Shown here piece by piece: positions 11,849-63,913 of a stretch of 63,913 nucleotides of DNA. The DNA comes from Rhynchobatus australiae. Lineage: Eukaryota. The position numbers and the translations under genes are program-made. The notes beneath the pieces were generated by a model. The model did no database searches. It saw only the letters and a list, made by a program, of their open reading frames with translations, and was not told the origin of the DNA. Each line of letters begins with the position of its first letter. Positions within the stretch are counted from its first letter, which is position 1. The DNA lies in the NCBI GenBank assembly GCA_034780895.1, contig JAUZTB010000069.1, forward strand, positions 19,069,804-19,133,716. Direction: 5' to 3'.

Positions 11849-12897
11849 GGGATCTCAAAATCATTTACAAATTGTCACATGACAGTATTACGCTCTTATT
11901 AAAAGAATCAGGGCCAATAAAAAGTACCAAAAAAATCCTCCAACAACTTGTCATTAACAATATTTTATGTTCAAGTCTTATGTTACTTAAGAAAAATAAA
12001 ATTACAAAAGTTCCATTTAATGCAAAAGCAGTGCAGGCTTGGGTAGCAGCTGGAGACAGGCCATGAGAGATGGAATGAGNNNNNNNNNNNNNNNNNNNNN
12101 NNNNNNNNNNNNNNNNNNNNNNNNNNNNNNNNNNNNNNNNNNNNNNNNNNNNNNNNNNNNNNNNNNNNNNNNNNNNNNNNNNNNNNNNNNNNNNNNNNNN
12201 NNNNNNNNNNNNNNNNNNNNNNNNNNNNNNNNNNNNNNNNNNNNNNNNNNNNNNNNNNNNNNNNNNNNNNNNNNNNNNNNNNNNNNNNNNNNNNNNNNNN
12301 NNNNNNNNNNNNNNNNNNNGAGGGGAGAGGCAGGCCAGTCAGTACTGGATGAGGAGAGTGGAAATGGGTAAAATCTGCAAAATAAAACAGACCCACAGAT
12401 CCCAAGGCCAATGAAACCTGCGAGGGTCAGGCCAGGGCAAAAGGCTTCACTTTTTAAAAAATGTTACAACTTAAAGGAAGTGCGCGCTGGATGATTTCTA
12501 AAGCAATTTCGGAATTGCATTTCACTAAGCAATTAAAAGATTACAGCAAAAGACCTCGCNNNNNNNNNNATCCTTAAATTACCACTGCGGACGTCCCACG
12601 GCAGGCTGTGAGACGTCTGTTCTTAATCTTTAGGCAGATAACTAAAATAAAGCACAAATTTACAAGGGAGGCTTGGGGTGAGGCCCAGTCACATTGAAGG
12701 AGTTTTCATCTGAAATACCTTACGAACGTATAACTATGTAACAATATGCATAACGTCTATAAATCCGGTTGGCAGATGCAGTGGAAAAGTTAGGGAGCCT
12801 CAGTCCTTGGCACATTATTCCAGGAAATCTGCCGTGCCTTGTAAAGAAAATGGTCTCATTAGTTGGACAGTACAGTACCACACGCACAACGTGTAAA

Positions 12898-12905
12898 TAG
12901 CACCA
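12898..12905 (-). promoter_or_regulatory. miR-29 8mer seed site (UGGUGCUA)
   Basis: Plus-strand TAGCACCA in the 3' UTR; miR-29 is an established regulator of collagen mRNAs. Confidence 0.65.
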
Positions 12906-13036
12906 ATTCTTCAGTCCCCTCATTGGGGGGGGGAGGAGTCCCCGTTTAGTTCTCGGTGGCAATGCGGTAGCTGAGTGATGCAAAGGACAGGCTGTGAAAA
13001 GGCTCTTAACCATACCCGACCTCCCCTCCCCATACT

Positions 13037-13043
13037 TAGCACC
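13037..13043 (-). promoter_or_regulatory. miR-29 7mer-A1 site (GGUGCUA)
   Basis: Plus-strand TAGCACC in the 3' UTR. Confidence 0.5.
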
Positions 13044-13904
13044 CAGGTGGTTTTGTGAAACGGAGTTAATGACGAAGAAAGCTCAACATGCGTGGTGCGT
13101 TCACCGTCTGGACACAAAAGCAGCGAGCTGGCTGTGTTTATGTACCGCCAAGTATGTGTTATGGAGCCGTGTGCTTTGGTTTTGCAGCGTAGCCGGTTTA
13201 TTAATCCTACGTAACACATTTTATATATTTATATATTTATATATATTTGCACATTAGGTAANNNNNNNNNNNNNNNNNNNNNNNNNNNNNNNNNNNNNNN
13301 NNNNNNNNNNNNNNNNNNNNNNNNNNNNNNNNNNNNNNNNNNNNNNNNNNNNNNNNNNNNNNNNNNNNNNNNNNNNNNNNNNNNNNNNNNNNNNNNNNNN
13401 NNNNNNNNNNNNNNNNNNNNNNNNNNNNNNNNNNNNNNNNNNNNNNNNNNNNNNNNNNNNNNNNNNNNNNNNNNNNNNNNNNNNNNNNNNNNNNNNNNNN
13501 NNNNNNNNNNNNNNNNNNNNNNNNNNNNNNNNNNNNNNNNNNNNNNNNNNNNNNNNNNNNNNNNNNNNNNNNNNNNNNNNNNNNNNNNNNNNNNNNNNNN
13601 NNNNNNNNNNNNNNNNNNNNNNNNNNNNNNNNNNNNNNNNNNNNNNNNNNNNNNNNNNNNNNNNNNNNNNNNNNNNNNNNNNNNNNNNNNNNNNNNNNNN
13701 NNNNNNNNNNNNNNNNNNNNNNNNNNNNNNNNNNNNNNNNNNNNNNNNNNNNNNNNNNNNNNNNNNNNNNNNNNNNNNNNNNNNNNNNNNNNNNNNNNNN
13801 NNNNNNNNNNNNNNNNNNNNNNNNNNNNCAGTCTCTGAGATCGCACGTCTTAAATCTGCACATTGAGGTTACAGTGTTGTTCGCTTTGCAGACTTTCATT
13901 CTTC

Positions 13905-13907
<3 letters not shown>

Positions 13908-13952
<45 letters not shown>
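13908..13952. repeat. (TG)~22 microsatellite, (CA)n in the mRNA
   Basis: Directly visible. Confidence 0.97.
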
Positions 13953-13954
<2 letters not shown>

Positions 13955-13993
13955 GCTTTTTTAAAAATCAGTAAAGTTTCGATTTGGTTTCTT

Positions 13994-61540
<47,547 letters not shown>

Positions 61541-62267
61541 CTAGAGGAAGGAATTAAAAGAAAGGTTAGCAGAGGAAAGGAAAGCAGTAAGGAGAGAGGC
61601 ACATGGTTCATAAACTCTCCGTCCCTCTAATTTTCACACAGAGATATTTCTGCCAATCTTCTCTGACGTGACTTTCTGTGACTTTTAAAGTAGCAAAGCA
61701 AGTAGTTTCAGGACATTGAACACCAGTTTTGCCACTGATGACCACAAACTGGGAACGAATTTAGGAAACAACTCTACAAGGTAGGCCAAATCACCTGGCC
61801 ATTCAGTACAAGTCAAAGAGAGGCCCATTCATTCTGCTTCATATTTCTAATCTATTGAAACCATCAGCTCATCTCTCCTCTGATGAACCCATGTGGATCC
61901 CCTAAAGGTCACAATGGGAGAAAGGGCCTTAACCAAATTTTCAGGAGCGTATCCAGTTAAAGTCACTCAGGTTCTGATTTACTTAAACTTCTTTGTCTCC
62001 CACCTCCCCACAATAACATCCACCCCAACCTCCAACCAAAATTGCAAGGTCTATGAGTGTAAACTGATTATCTGAATAGCAGCAAGTACAACCACCAAAA
62101 GATGGTGATGTAGCTGTTTGTCAGAACCTGGTGGAGCTGTTGGAGCCAGGCAGTAATTTTAACTTGTGACCTAAACGGAGAAATTTACCTGGAGAGCAAG
62201 GCATGTTTGTTTACAGAAACTGGGATGGATCTCCTCAAGAAATAATTTTTTTTAAATTTTACATATT

Positions 62268-62411
62268 ATTTACAGCATGGTAACAGGCCCTTCTGGTCCG
62301 ATGAGTCCACACCGCCCATTTTAAGCCCCATATTAACCTACCCGTATGCCTTTGGAATGTGGGAGAACACCGGAGCACCTGGAGGAAACCCCTGCAGACA
62401 CGGGAGAATGT
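62268..62411 (-). mobile_element. V-SINE, truncated by a gap
   Basis: Tail TACAGCATGGTAACAGGCCCTT plus V-core GGAATGTGGGAGAACACCGGAGCACCTGGAGGAAACC. Confidence 0.8.
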
Positions 62412-63913
62412 NNNNNNNNNNNNNNNNNNNNNNNNNNNNNNNNNNNNNNNNNNNNNNNNNNNNNNNNNNNNNNNNNNNNNNNNNNNNNNNNNNNNNNNNN
62501 NNNNNNNNNNNNNNNNNNNNNNNNNNNNNNNNNNNNNNNNNNNNNNNNNNNNNNNNNNNNNNNNNNNNNNNNNNNNNNNNNNNNNNNNNNNNNNNNNNNN
62601 NNNNNNNNNNNNNNNNNNNNNNNNNNNNNNNNNNNNNNNNNNNNNNNNNNNNNNNNNNNNNNNNNNNNNNNNNNNNNNNNNNNNNNNNNNNNNNNNNNNN
62701 NNNNNNNNNNNNNNNNNNNNNNNNNNNNNNNNNNNNNNNNNNNNNNNNNNNNNNNNNNNNNNNNNNNNNNNNNNNNNNNNNNNNNNNNNNNNNNNNNNNN
62801 NNNNNNNNNNNNNNNNNNNNNNNNNNNNNNNNNNNNNNNNNNNNNNNNNNNNNNNNNNNNNNNNNNNNNNNNNNNNNNNNNNNNNNNNNNNNNNNNNNNN
62901 NNNNNNNNNNNNNNNNNNNNNNNNNNNNNNNNNNNNNNNNNNNNNNNNNNNNNNNNNNNNNNNNNNNNNNNNNNNNNNNNNNNNNNNNNNNNNNNCTAAC
63001 CTGAGTGGAACTGGCTTTGAGAGTGTGGTGGGAACCCCAGACATGGACTCAACCATGGAGTCACACAGCACAGAAACGGGCCCTTCCGCCCACCATGTCC
63101 AGGCATACCTTTTTGCCCATCTACACTAGTCTCCTTTGCCCGCAGGATTGAAGATGCAACTGGGTATCCTGGACTTTGCATTTTCAATAATGGCAGTGAC
63201 TGAGAGAGAGAAATGGATTACGCAATGACATAAACAGTTTCCCGTGTCTTGTGCACCTCCCCAATCCTGTTTCTAACTCCCTCCATCGCACATCCTCAGC
63301 TGTGAAGACTGAGGTTGCTGTTGAAAAAAGATTTCCATCATCTGTTCCAACATTTCTTCATTTGCATTTTTAGCGCTGTAGGATGCTTTACAAATGCAAG
63401 TTGTTGTTCCATTCACCCGCATGCTCTGCTCCACATCCCATAAAATACTTGTTTTCAACTGACCAACCCCCCCCGCCCCCATCACTCCCCGCAGCATAAT
63501 AGATGCTGATTCTCACTCCCTTTTGGTGAAGGATTGTTTCCCAACAAGGTCCTTGTTGAATCTGCGCTGCACGCTCAGCAAGGACAATGCATCCAGAAGT
63601 GCAACGCTCAGAAATGAAGGCAATGGTCCTGCTGCAGTCTAAGCTAGGGTTCATACAACTCTAAAACATTGCTTTAAAATGGGTCAACACTCTTTAAATC
63701 AGTAAGCAAAGGGACCTCAAACCAATGTGTCAAACGCCAGCTTATAACATCAAGATCCTTGCTCCCTTCTTCCTTGTAAAACCTGTAAATTCAACAATGC
63801 TGCTATTGCTCCCATCACCTCTCCCACCTCTGCATCCTTGGACCCATTACCCTGATAAAGGAAAACTCTTTTCAGAATCAAAGGATGTGACTTTCCACCC
63901 CAAAATATCTGCC

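Larger units (their letters stand above)
11825..13993 (-). other. COL5A1: Putative COL5A1 3' UTR (partly gapped)
   Basis: Follows the stop codon, lacks recognisable transposon sequence, is AU-rich near its end, carries miR-29 sites and ends near AATAAA. CR1 debris begins just beyond it. Confidence 0.7.

Noticed and set aside
63805-63855. Possible further collagen exon near the window end (CAG|GGT on the minus strand)
   Set aside because: The translation GNGSKDAEVG is not Gly-X-Y. Exon 32 must lie outside the window or in the gap at 62412-62995.

Overview
This is a eukaryotic (vertebrate) draft-scaffold window with many N gaps. Its repeat content (HE1/V-SINEs, Deu-domain SINEs, CR1/L2 LINEs, Penelope remnants) points to a cartilaginous fish, which is an inference. 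It holds the 3' half of a clade-B fibrillar collagen gene on the minus strand, recognisable as COL5A1. I located 33 coding exons by hand, from 61540 down to the TAA stop at 13994-13996. All have GT-AG junctions. They comprise Gly-X-Y exons of 36/45/54/90/108 nt and a C-propeptide (COLFI) with a furin-type site and 8 Cys. A ~2.2 kb 3' UTR follows, with miR-29 seed sites and an AATAAA at 11843-11848. Exon numbers follow human COL5A1 as I recall it. Two expected exons (49 and the alternatively spliced 64A/64B) are not visible and probably lie in N gaps. The region I recall as a single 108-nt exon 48 in human is here two 54-nt exons. Positions 1-11800 are repeat-rich intergenic DNA. The most unusual non-coding signal is a family of fold-back elements apparently derived from Penelope-like retroelements, carrying degenerate hammerhead-ribozyme cores. 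I cannot support any prokaryote-type system or CRISPR array, and nearly all ORFs in the supplied track are artefacts of gaps, repeats or intron read-through.
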